From: Synechocystis sp. PCC 6803 substr. PCC-P
Lineage (GTDB): Bacteria; Cyanobacteriota; Cyanobacteriia; Cyanobacteriales; Microcystaceae
Direction: 5' to 3'
Assembly (NCBI RefSeq): GCF_000284455.1
Contig: NC_017039.1
Coordinates: 1,740,001 to 1,772,000, forward strand
Length of the DNA: 32,000 bases
This document shows, piece after piece, positions 10,823-18,950 of this stretch. The position numbers were made by a program, and so were the translations under genes. The notes below the pieces were generated by a model. The model was not told where the DNA came from. It searched no databases and saw nothing but the letters and a program-made list of their open reading frames with translations. Position 1 is the first letter of the stretch. Every line of letters starts with the position of its first letter.

Positions 10823-11854
10823 TTGTTTAGCTTGTGGAGCAATTCACAAACCTCCATCTTAACCTTTAGGGGGAATCCCGCCAAAATTGGCGATCGCCAG
10901 GGAGCAATTTTTACCTGGGGCAATGGACAGAAAGGCAAAGTTACTCTGTTACCATGGGGGACGGCCCTCCGCAACCAGATGCCAATGTCCAGTCTGATTT
11001 CCCTTTTTCGCCAACATTATCCCCAGGGCAGTCTCTGCTGTGACCTGCTCGAAATTGACCGGGGGTTATATATAGTCCAAGCCAGCATCACCTTAGAAGG
11101 CATTGTGGTGGCCAGCGCGTTAGCAGCCCAGTCTCCCCTAGAAGCTGCTGAGGATTTAGCCAAAGAAAGGGCGATCGCCAGCTTGGATTTAACCCATATT
11201 TCATCAACAGTCCCACAGTCTTCCCCAACAGCCATTGTTGAAGATATGGAAGCGAAGCCATCGCCCCCACCTTCCTCCCCTAAAAAAGAAAGTAAATCTC
11301 CGAAGCAGAACCATAAAGTCGTTACTCCCCCCGCCATTGTCAATCCGACACCGGTAACTCCTGCGCATCCCCCTACTCCCGTTGTTGAAAAGTCGCCGGA
11401 AGTTGAGGCGGCGATCGCCCCTGAGCCAACCTTAACCCCCGCTCCCATTTCCTTTCCCCCTAGTCCTGATCCAGTGCTGTCCTTAGAGGAGCCGACCCCG
11501 CCTCCGGCAATGGTCAATAGCACCTTTAATCAACCGGAAGAGTCCGCTCCTATTGACTCCGAACTTCAACTCGACTTTGCGACCCCAGAATTACCCCTCG
11601 CTGTTGAAGCTAAACCAGATTCGCCTGAACCGGATATGGCGGTCTCCGGAGCAACAGAACTGCCCGCAGGACCCATGGACTTTTCGGAAATTATTGCCCG
11701 CAGTAACCTGGAACTAAAACGACTGGGCTGGACCAGTGACCAGGGACGGAACTATCTTTTGCAAACCTATGGCAAACGTTCCCGTCAGTTATTATCCGAT
11801 GAGCAGTTAATCGAGTTCCTTGCTTACCTGGAACAACAGCCAGACCCAAATTAA
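10823..11854 (+). CDS. Conserved hypothetical protein with low-complexity proline-rich centre
   Basis: 343 aa ORF; globular N-terminus, Pro/Glu-rich middle, C-terminal segment DFSEIIARSNLELKRLGWTSDQGRNYLLQTYGKRSRQLLSDEQLIEFLAYLEQ. Confidence 0.8.
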   Translation: MFSLWSNSQTSILTFRGNPAKIGDRQGAIFTWGNGQKGKVTLLPWGTALRNQMPMSSLISLFRQHYPQGSLCCDLLEIDRGLYIVQASITLEGIVVASALAAQSPLEAAEDLAKERAIASLDLTHISSTVPQSSPTAIVEDMEAKPSPPPSSPKKESKSPKQNHKVVTPPAIVNPTPVTPAHPPTPVVEKSPEVEAAIAPEPTLTPAPISFPPSPDPVLSLEEPTPPPAMVNSTFNQPEESAPIDSELQLDFATPELPLAVEAKPDSPEPDMAVSGATELPAGPMDFSEIIARSNLELKRLGWTSDQGRNYLLQTYGKRSRQLLSDEQLIEFLAYLEQQPDPN

Positions 11855-11918
11855 TCGGATTGATCCTGCTTTTGTCCCAGGGTTGGTAAAACATAAATCC
11901 CCGGGACATTTTATAGGC

Positions 11919-13529
11919 TTAACTAGCTAGAACTTTTTCTGTTTCTGCGGCGATCGCCGTTGGACTGAGAACTGTTTCTTCTACTTTGTCCTGTTGTTGG
12001 CGGCTGAGATAATCTCGCAATTGTTCACCAATTTCCTGGCGGACAATTTCCCGGTATTGGAGGAAATGTTCGTTATGGGCGCAAAGGGTGATGTAGTGCT
12101 CAAACACGGCGGGATTATGGCGCAAAATACCGAAAGCATGGTGCCAGAAGCGGAACCTAGTGTCCCGTTTAACGCCCTGCCGCCAAATTACAATCGCCAA
12201 AGCCTTTAAATCCACTAAATTGGGGAGTTTGAAAGCGGTCTTGCATTTCGGTGCCCCCAGCTTGAGAAAACAACGGTAATTGCGGTCTAAATAGCCATGG
12301 GGATCGTATAACTCCCAGAAAGCCTCCACATACTCGTTGGCAATGTCTTCCAAGGGGCGAGTGGGAATAAAGTTCATCAACGTGGTTTGGTTGATGTTGC
12401 CTTTGCTCTCATCCAGCAGGCGATTTTCCCGTTTTAGTCGATGCCACAGGGCTGTGTTGGGTAAAGCCTGGAGCATGGCAAAGGTGGTGGTGGGAATGGC
12501 CGTCTGTTCCGCAAAACGGACAATGCGATCGCCAGCCCCCTGTTTTTCCCCATCAAAACCGATGATGAAGCCCGCCATGGGTCGCAGACCAGCTTTGATG
12601 ATTTTATCAACGGAGTCCGCGAGGGAATTACGGGTATTTTGGAATTTTTTGGTGAATTCTAAACTCTCTTCATCGGGGGTTTCAATGCCCAAAAAGACCG
12701 CATCAAAATAGCACTCCACCATCAAATCCATTAATTCCTGGTCATCGGCCAAATCCACCGAGGCTTCAGTGTTGAATCTAAAGGGATATTGGTGCTCTTC
12801 CTGCCAAACTTTCAGTTCCTTGAGCAGTAATTTAACGTTGCGCTTATTGCCGATGAAATTGTCATCCACCATAAACACCGATCGCCGCCAACCCAACTCG
12901 TAAAGATAATCCAATTCCCTGAGTAACTGGGCTGGTTCCTTGGTGCGAGGCTTACGGCCGTAGAGGACAATAATGTCGCAAAATTCACACTGGAAAGGAC
13001 AACCCCGGGAAAACTGCACCGACATGGAATCGTAGGCATCCAATTCCAGCAGGTCATAGCGGGGAATGGGGGTAGTGGTAACGTCGGGTTTTTCTTGGGC
13101 CCGGATAATACCTGCTGTTTCCCCCCGCTCCAACGCTTCCACAAACAGGGGTAGGGTAATTTCCCCTTCGTCCAAAATCAAAAAGTCTGCTCCGGCATTC
13201 TGCACTTCATCCGGTACTGACGTGGCAAAGGGGCCTCCCACTGCGACCAACTTACCGTGGGCCTTAGCTTCCTTGATGTTTTCCACCATGTCATCCCGCT
13301 GGACAATCATGCCGGAAATGATTACTACTTCCGCCCAATCCCATTCCGCTTCGGTCACATTGCGGACATTGCGGTCCACCAGCTTAAACTCCCATTCTTG
13401 AGGGAGAATGCCCGCCACGGTGATCAACCCTAGGGGAGGCAATAAAACCTTCCGACCCACTAGCTCCAGAATTTTTTCGTAGGACCAGAAAGTAGGGGGA
13501 AACAACGGATAGATTAATAGGGCGCGCAT
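11919..13529 (-). CDS. B12-binding domain / radical SAM protein (DUF4070-like)
   Basis: 536 aa; N-terminal Rossmann-like B12-binding region (LLIYPLFPPTFWSY...PPLGLITVAGILP), radical SAM cluster motif SRGCPFQCEFCDI. Confidence 0.9.
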   Translation of the reverse strand: MRALLIYPLFPPTFWSYEKILELVGRKVLLPPLGLITVAGILPQEWEFKLVDRNVRNVTEAEWDWAEVVIISGMIVQRDDMVENIKEAKAHGKLVAVGGPFATSVPDEVQNAGADFLILDEGEITLPLFVEALERGETAGIIRAQEKPDVTTTPIPRYDLLELDAYDSMSVQFSRGCPFQCEFCDIIVLYGRKPRTKEPAQLLRELDYLYELGWRRSVFMVDDNFIGNKRNVKLLLKELKVWQEEHQYPFRFNTEASVDLADDQELMDLMVECYFDAVFLGIETPDEESLEFTKKFQNTRNSLADSVDKIIKAGLRPMAGFIIGFDGEKQGAGDRIVRFAEQTAIPTTTFAMLQALPNTALWHRLKRENRLLDESKGNINQTTLMNFIPTRPLEDIANEYVEAFWELYDPHGYLDRNYRCFLKLGAPKCKTAFKLPNLVDLKALAIVIWRQGVKRDTRFRFWHHAFGILRHNPAVFEHYITLCAHNEHFLQYREIVRQEIGEQLRDYLSRQQQDKVEETVLSPTAIAAETEKVLAS

Positions 13530-13661
13530 GGCTTCTCGCTAAGGGAAGATTTATGTTAAAAAATCTAGGAATTGATTAGGTATGGGCTCAACTTTAGCTA
13601 AAGCTAGCACACCCTTGCCAGGAAGTCCCCGAAAGCCAGACCGTTGGCATAGATAAATCCT

Positions 13662-14180
13662 ATGGTTAACCATGGTTATCCCCTAGGCCGCTCCCTCTTG
13701 TCCATAGCTATGGCTATGTTGGGGGCATTGTCATTGGTTTTTCCCTTGCCTCTGTTAACCCAAGACATGGTTGACAGTGAGCGTTCCCTGCCATTGCTGG
13801 GGGACCATCCCCTGGAGGAAAGGTTAATTGATGGCATGGATGAGGGGATCAAAAAAAATTACCGGGGGGCGATCGCCATTTTTACGGAATTAATTCTGCT
13901 AGATCCTAGCTATGCTGATGCCTATTTTAATCGGGGTATTGCCCGGGCCAGAATAGCGGACTACCAAGGGGCGATCACCGACCACAGCCAGGCCATTACC
14001 CTAAACCCCCAATTGGCCGAAGCCTACAAAGCTAGGGGGAAAATTTATTGGCAATTAGGAGAGCAAGCCCAAGCCATTGCTGACCTAGAAGCGGCCCTAG
14101 CCCTTTTCTCTGACCAGGAAAATCTTGTGAGCCAACGGGAAGCCTGGGAACAACTGCAAACATGGCATGGTAATCCTTAA
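13662..14180 (+). CDS. TPR-repeat protein with N-terminal signal/transmembrane segment
   Basis: 172 aa; SYADAYFNRGIARARIADYQGAITDHSQAITLNPQLAEAYKARGKIYWQLGEQAQAIADLEAAL TPR repeats. Confidence 0.85.
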   Translation: MVNHGYPLGRSLLSIAMAMLGALSLVFPLPLLTQDMVDSERSLPLLGDHPLEERLIDGMDEGIKKNYRGAIAIFTELILLDPSYADAYFNRGIARARIADYQGAITDHSQAITLNPQLAEAYKARGKIYWQLGEQAQAIADLEAALALFSDQENLVSQREAWEQLQTWHGNP

Positions 14181-14308
14181 GAGCCTGTTTGGAAAGTTTT
14201 ATTCCGCCCCCTAAATCGACCCACTAAAGCTCCGGCAATACTGGAGGACTTTCACTCATTTCCCCCCAAATTTGGAGGGCCAGGGGGGCTTTTCAAACAC
14301 GTTCTTAA
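14177..14308. mobile_element. MITE-like element or IS remnant with imperfect ~20-bp terminal inverted repeats
   Basis: Left end TTAAGAGCCTGTTTGGAAAG (14177-14196); reverse complement of the right end (14289-14308) is TTAAGAACGTGTTTGAAAAG, 17/20 identical. Interior contains CCCCCCAAATTTGGAGGG, resembling widespread cyanobacterial dispersed repeats. Confidence 0.6.
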
Positions 14309-14619
14309 ATAGGCCCCAATATTTCTTCTCAACTTCTCCGACAGTTTCCCAAGCCCGTCGATCAATTTTTAACTCCCCTTGCCCACGCCCTAGTTTTACT
14401 GAATTTTGCCGATCTTTTTGTCGATTTGAGGGACACTTTTTGCCCACAAATTTGCATATTTGCCCTGGATTCGGGACCATTAACTTGAGTTAAACAAAGT
14501 TAAGTTTTATGGCATTTTTCTTTCCTCCCAAATAGCCTTGCTAAGATAGCGGGAAAGCCGGGTTGCTAGTCCCATGGTTGCTTTTTTATTGAGTACAAGG
14601 TAAGCATAAATACCTAAAC

Positions 14620-14940
14620 ATGAGACATTTTTGCGACGCTTGGATTGAAGAATGGTGTGAAGCCAATGGTTGGACGGATTTGTTCATGGAAAGACTCAAT
14701 TACTATTGGGCTTTTCCCCCTGGGGCTGTCATGCCGGAGCCCATTCCTGGCAAAATTCTCCGGGCAATTAAACTAGAAAAAGGTCTTTGCGAAGAAGAAA
14801 AAGCTTGGTTAACCGCCGCTGTGGCTGTTTCTGCTTTGGCGATCGGTTCTGCTTTTCTGCTCAAAAATCCCATGCCTGTAGTACTGGCTTTTGCTTTTGA
14901 CGCTGTAACAGCGGGGCGTTTAGAGATGGAAGAAATTTAA
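14620..14940 (+). CDS. Small conserved hypothetical protein with hydrophobic C-terminal half
   Basis: 106 aa ORF, codirectional with the following GUN4-domain gene; no overlapping stronger ORF. Confidence 0.65.
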   Translation: MRHFCDAWIEEWCEANGWTDLFMERLNYYWAFPPGAVMPEPIPGKILRAIKLEKGLCEEEKAWLTAAVAVSALAIGSAFLLKNPMPVVLAFAFDAVTAGRLEMEEI

Positions 14941-15009
14941 AAAATTTGAGAAGATTAATCCATTACCTGCGATATCAAACACTCTGATTGGAGTAACTAA
15001 GCAACATTT

Positions 15010-15612
15010 ATGGCTGATTCCATCACCCCAGACTCCAATGAACACAATTATGCTGAGCTGGCTCAACAATGCCAGAATTTGGCCAGCCAAGTCCAGAGCC
15101 TCAGCCAACGGGTGGAAAATCTGGAAAGCAAACTGACCTTAATCCCGGACATTGAGCGCTATGGTAGGTTGCAGGAATGCTTAATTGCGGGGGATTTTAA
15201 GACGGCGGACCACGAAACCACCCGCATTATTCTCGAAACCCTCAATCGTAATCGGGATAACCTCAGCCCAGAAACTTTATCTGCTTTGCCCTGTACAGTT
15301 TTAACGGTAATTGATCGCCTGTGGCGTACCTACAGCGAAGATCGTTTTGGCTTTAGCCGGCAATTGGAAGCCTATCAAAAGGTAGGTGGTAACACCGATA
15401 CTTTGCGTACCCAAGACCGGAAAGTGATGGGGGCCTTTGCCCAGGAAGTGGGTTGGGTGCAGGAAGGAAAGGTTCGTTTTGATGAGTATGACCAATGGGA
15501 TTTTTCCCTCAATGCTCCGGTGGGTAGTTTCCCTGCCATTTGGTGGAAGTCTCCCTATGGTTTGAAAATGGTGACTTTTTTCTTCATTCGTTTGTTTGAA
15601 TGTAACGGCTAG
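15010..15612 (+). CDS. GUN4-domain protein with N-terminal coiled coil
   Basis: 200 aa; DIERYGRLQECLIAGDFKTADHETTRIIL...IDRLWRTYSEDRFGFSRQLEAY...FAQEVGWVQEGKVRFDEYDQWDFSLNAPVGSFPAIWW matches the GUN4 fold signature. Confidence 0.9.
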   Translation: MADSITPDSNEHNYAELAQQCQNLASQVQSLSQRVENLESKLTLIPDIERYGRLQECLIAGDFKTADHETTRIILETLNRNRDNLSPETLSALPCTVLTVIDRLWRTYSEDRFGFSRQLEAYQKVGGNTDTLRTQDRKVMGAFAQEVGWVQEGKVRFDEYDQWDFSLNAPVGSFPAIWWKSPYGLKMVTFFFIRLFECNG

Positions 15613-15621
15613 CCCGATGCC

Positions 15622-16251
15622 CTAACTACAGTTTTTTAACGCTTCGATATCAGCCCCGGCAATTTTGTCCAGATTGCGGGTAATTTTCTCTATGTCCCAA
15701 TCCCACCAAGCAATGGTTAACAAAGCTTGAACTACTTCGTCCTTAAAACGTTGACGGATAGGACGGGCGGGATTTCCCCCCACAATGGTGTAGGGTGCCA
15801 CATGGTTAGTGACAACGGCTTTGGCGGCAATAATGGCCCCGTCTCCCACCTTTATTCCGGGCATAATTACCGCTTCGTACCCAATCCACACATCATTGCC
15901 AATGACTGTATCTCCCTTATGGGGCGGTTCTTCTTCCAGTTCTGCTGTTTGCCAACCATTAGCAAAAATTGCAAAGGGATAGGTGGAAAATCCTTCCATG
16001 GCATGGTTAGCCCCATTCATAATAAATTTTACATTCCGGGCTAGGGCGCAGAATTTGCCAATGATCAGGCGATCGCCAACGAAGGGAAAATGGTACAGAA
16101 CATTGCGCTCAAAGTTTTCTGAATCTTCGGGATCGTCGTAATAGGTGTAATCACCAATAATTATGTTGGGGTTAGAAACAGTATTTTTAATAAAGCAAAT
16201 CTGGGCAAATCCCGCCATGGGATGCTTATTTTGGGGATCTGGGCCGTACAT
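15622..16251 (-). CDS. Vat/CatB-like (xenobiotic acetyltransferase type) hexapeptide-repeat acetyltransferase
   Basis: 209 aa; IGDYTYYDDPEDSENFERNVLYHFPFVGDRLIIGKFCALARNVKFIMNGANHAM...GNDVWIGYEAVIMPGIKVGDGAIIAAKAVVT. Confidence 0.88.
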   Translation of the reverse strand: MYGPDPQNKHPMAGFAQICFIKNTVSNPNIIIGDYTYYDDPEDSENFERNVLYHFPFVGDRLIIGKFCALARNVKFIMNGANHAMEGFSTYPFAIFANGWQTAELEEEPPHKGDTVIGNDVWIGYEAVIMPGIKVGDGAIIAAKAVVTNHVAPYTIVGGNPARPIRQRFKDEVVQALLTIAWWDWDIEKITRNLDKIAGADIEALKNCS

Positions 16252-16311
16252 TATTTGTCACCCGTAACGGTTCTGGAGTCGTGTCTATTTCTCTATTCTT
16301 AACTCTAGGAA

Positions 16312-16542
16312 TTAAACTCCCATTTCTGCCAAGTCTATCAAAGTTTCCTGGGCCGCCTCTTCGTCCACAATGCTAATGGCAAAGCCCACATGGACAATCA
16401 CGTAATCCCCCACCTTAACCTCGGGTACGTAGGCAAGGCTAATGGTTTTAATGATGCCCCCAAAGCTAACCTTTCCCGTCAGTAACAGGGGATCGGAGTT
16501 GGGCATTAAACTGACAACCTGGCCAGGTAGGGCTAGACACAT
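16312..16542 (-). CDS. hypC: [NiFe] hydrogenase assembly chaperone HypC (start trimmed to MCLALPG at 16542)
   Basis: MCLALPGQVVSLMP... N-terminal Cys motif; GDYVIVHVGFAISIVDEEAAQETL is typical of HypC/HupF. Confidence 0.93.
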   Translation of the reverse strand: MCLALPGQVVSLMPNSDPLLLTGKVSFGGIIKTISLAYVPEVKVGDYVIVHVGFAISIVDEEAAQETLIDLAEMGV

Positions 16543-16619
16543 GGGAGGAAAGGAAGGAGGAATTGGCAAATAAGTCAGTGGAGCTTTGAGAAAAACCAAA
16601 CCTGGGCCATGGTTCAACT

Positions 16620-17570
16620 TTAACCCAACAGTAAAGTTCCCATTTGGGCCACCAACTGATGGGTGACGGGCAAACTGTCAATCACCATGGCCAGGCAGAG
16701 CAACATTAGGTAAAAAATGGAGAACTTGAACAATCCCCTAGCCAAATCCCGATCGCCGGGAGCCTGTTTGAGTTGCCAAGCTTTGACCAGAAATTGTCCC
16801 CCCAAAATAATGGCGATCGCCAGATAAAGTATGCCCAACTGGTGCAGAGGATAAACTAGCAGCAAACTGAAAGGCACCACCAACAGTGAGTAGTACCAGA
16901 TTTGGCTAACGGTTTTTTCCTCCCCCGCAATTACCGGCAACATGGGGACATTCACCTGGGCATAATCATCCTTGATCATCAAAGCCAGGGCCCAAAAGTG
17001 GGGGGGAGTCCAAAGAAAAATTAGCGCAAACAGTACCCAGGGAGTCCAGCTTAAATCCCCCGTAACAGCGGCCCAGCCCACCAAGGGGGGAATGGAACCC
17101 GCAGCCCCACCGATGACAATGTTTTGGGCCGTGTGTCGTTTCAGCCAATGGGTATAGACCAACATGTAAAAGACAATGCCGGATAATGCTAGGCAACCGC
17201 TTAGTACATTGACAAAGGTGGCCAAAAGAGCGAACGAAAGTACCCCTAAGGCTAGGGCGAAAATCAACGCATGGCGGGGTTGCACTTTTCCGGCTGGGAT
17301 GGGTCGGGCCCTGGTGCGGAGCATTTCATAGTCAATGTCTTGGTCGTAAATACAGTTCAGGGTTTGGGCTGAAGCGGCTGCAAGGGTTCCTCCCAGCAGA
17401 GTGATCAGCAATTTGGGTAAATCCACCCGACCTTCCGAGGCAATCCACATGGAAGCAGCGGTGGTAATCAGCAAGAGGGGGATAATTCTCGGTTTGGTTA
17501 ACTGATAATAACTTTTGCACACCGCCCCCATGGAATCGTGTTGGCGATGGATTTTTGTCGAAGTAACCAT
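16620..17570 (-). CDS. ctaB: Protoheme IX farnesyltransferase (heme O synthase)
   Basis: 316 aa; [49 protein letters not shown] prenyltransferase motifs. Confidence 0.95.
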   Translation of the reverse strand: MVTSTKIHRQHDSMGAVCKSYYQLTKPRIIPLLLITTAASMWIASEGRVDLPKLLITLLGGTLAAASAQTLNCIYDQDIDYEMLRTRARPIPAGKVQPRHALIFALALGVLSFALLATFVNVLSGCLALSGIVFYMLVYTHWLKRHTAQNIVIGGAAGSIPPLVGWAAVTGDLSWTPWVLFALIFLWTPPHFWALALMIKDDYAQVNVPMLPVIAGEEKTVSQIWYYSLLVVPFSLLLVYPLHQLGILYLAIAIILGGQFLVKAWQLKQAPGDRDLARGLFKFSIFYLMLLCLAMVIDSLPVTHQLVAQMGTLLLG

Positions 17571-17720
17571 AGAGAATCAAAAGAAAGGGTAAGCAGGGGG
17601 GAGATCAAAAATTTTTCCTGAATTTTAAGCGAGTATTCCCCAACTGGACAAAAAATGGCAGTTAGTTTAACCGCAACGGCAGAAATTTCCCTCCCTAGGG
17701 AGACTTAAAGATTTTTATCA

Positions 17721-18662
17721 TCAGGATGTAATGGGGGCCGTCGGTCGATGGTCCCGCACCGCCAAAACGGCGATCGCCAACAGGGTAGCCCAGAGACAAA
17801 TTCCCACTGTATGGTGGGCTACGGTTAGGGGTTCAATTTGTAAATGGAGCTTTAGCGTAGCAACTCCCAATAGGATCTGTCCCCCCAAAAGGGCTAGGGC
17901 CCCATTGCCCAACTGGCGCAAAAAGGGATTTAGGGCCGGAGTGCGCCTGGTACACCAAAAAGTCAGTCCCACCCCCAACACCGTCGGTAACACCCCCAAC
18001 AGATGACTGTGCAACACTTGGCAAAATTGTGTGCCGGCGATCGCCAAACACTGATGGGCCGCCCACTGGGAACCCACCAATCCCCCCAGTAAACATTGCA
18101 GATAAATGATGGTGGTGCTAGCCAGGGCCACCGGCCTTAACTTGCCCGCCGTTTGATTACTTTGGTAGGGCATCAGACAGAGACCAATGATCACCAAAGA
18201 ACCCAAAAAAGCCATGGCTGTGCCCAAATGGGCGGTTACAATGTCAAACCGTAGCAGTTCGATCACTGTCAGCCCCCCCAACAATCCCTGCACCAGGATC
18301 AACGCCAGGGAGCCTAAGGTAGCCCAGGGTAACCACTTGGGTAGAACCCGACGGAACCACCAGCTCAAGCCCACCAGAATCAGGGTACTAAAACCAATCA
18401 ACGCGGCATCCAAGCGATGGAACCATTCCAAAAATACCTGTAAATTCATTTGTTGACTGGGAACCCACTGACCATAGCACAGAGGCCAGTCAGGACAGGC
18501 CAACCCTGCATTCATCACCCTGGTGGCACTGCCCACCGCCATCAATAACACTGTGGCAATGACAATTTTCCATACCAGCCGACGGATCCAGACTTCAACC
18601 TGGACAAAGGCTTGGGGTTGACTTTGGGAGCGAATGGCATTGGGGAGAATAGACTCAGCCAT
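17721..18662 (-). CDS. ctaA: Heme A synthase (ATG at 18662 preferred; ORF is open to 18719)
   Basis: Multispanning; VGSATRVMNAGLACPDWPLCYGQW, EWFHRLDA, LHSHLLGVLPT, VAHHTVG CtaA/COX15 motifs. Confidence 0.92.
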   Translation of the reverse strand: MAESILPNAIRSQSQPQAFVQVEVWIRRLVWKIVIATVLLMAVGSATRVMNAGLACPDWPLCYGQWVPSQQMNLQVFLEWFHRLDAALIGFSTLILVGLSWWFRRVLPKWLPWATLGSLALILVQGLLGGLTVIELLRFDIVTAHLGTAMAFLGSLVIIGLCLMPYQSNQTAGKLRPVALASTTIIYLQCLLGGLVGSQWAAHQCLAIAGTQFCQVLHSHLLGVLPTVLGVGLTFWCTRRTPALNPFLRQLGNGALALLGGQILLGVATLKLHLQIEPLTVAHHTVGICLWATLLAIAVLAVRDHRPTAPITS

Positions 18663-18950
18663 GGTTTTGATCTGCAACCTCAACGATGGGGGCAAGGGGG
18701 GGAGAAAAACCCCAGTCACCGTCAGATTCTAACCAACACTCTCCCCAGGGGAAAGAAAACTTGGCTACAGCATCAATATTCTTTAGATTTACTTCAGATT
18801 TCCCTGCCCTAGGCGATTGATTTAGTTGAGATCGGGAAAATTTGGTATTTAACCGGTTACATGTAGTTGCGTGGAGGTGAGCAATACACTTAAGCTATTT
18901 TATCTGGTGAATTAAATTTGAAGTTATTCTTGTGGCTATCATGGGAGTAA

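Noticed and set aside
11017-11523. 168-aa minus-strand ORF over the proline-rich hypothetical gene
   Set aside because: Gly/Ser-rich shadow of the Pro-rich coding strand; no independent support.
12337-12711. 124-aa plus-strand ORF inside the radical SAM gene
   Set aside because: Antisense to a well-supported coding sequence; low-complexity Ser/Arg composition typical of shadow ORFs.
14256-14480. 74-aa minus-strand ORF (and the 73-aa antisense one at 14272-14493)
   Set aside because: Runs through the MITE-like repeat, has no recognisable domain and no compelling start context.
16750-16780. GAGCCTGTTTG string resembling the MITE terminus
   Set aside because: Lies inside the ctaB coding sequence, has no paired inverted copy, and is only a short match.
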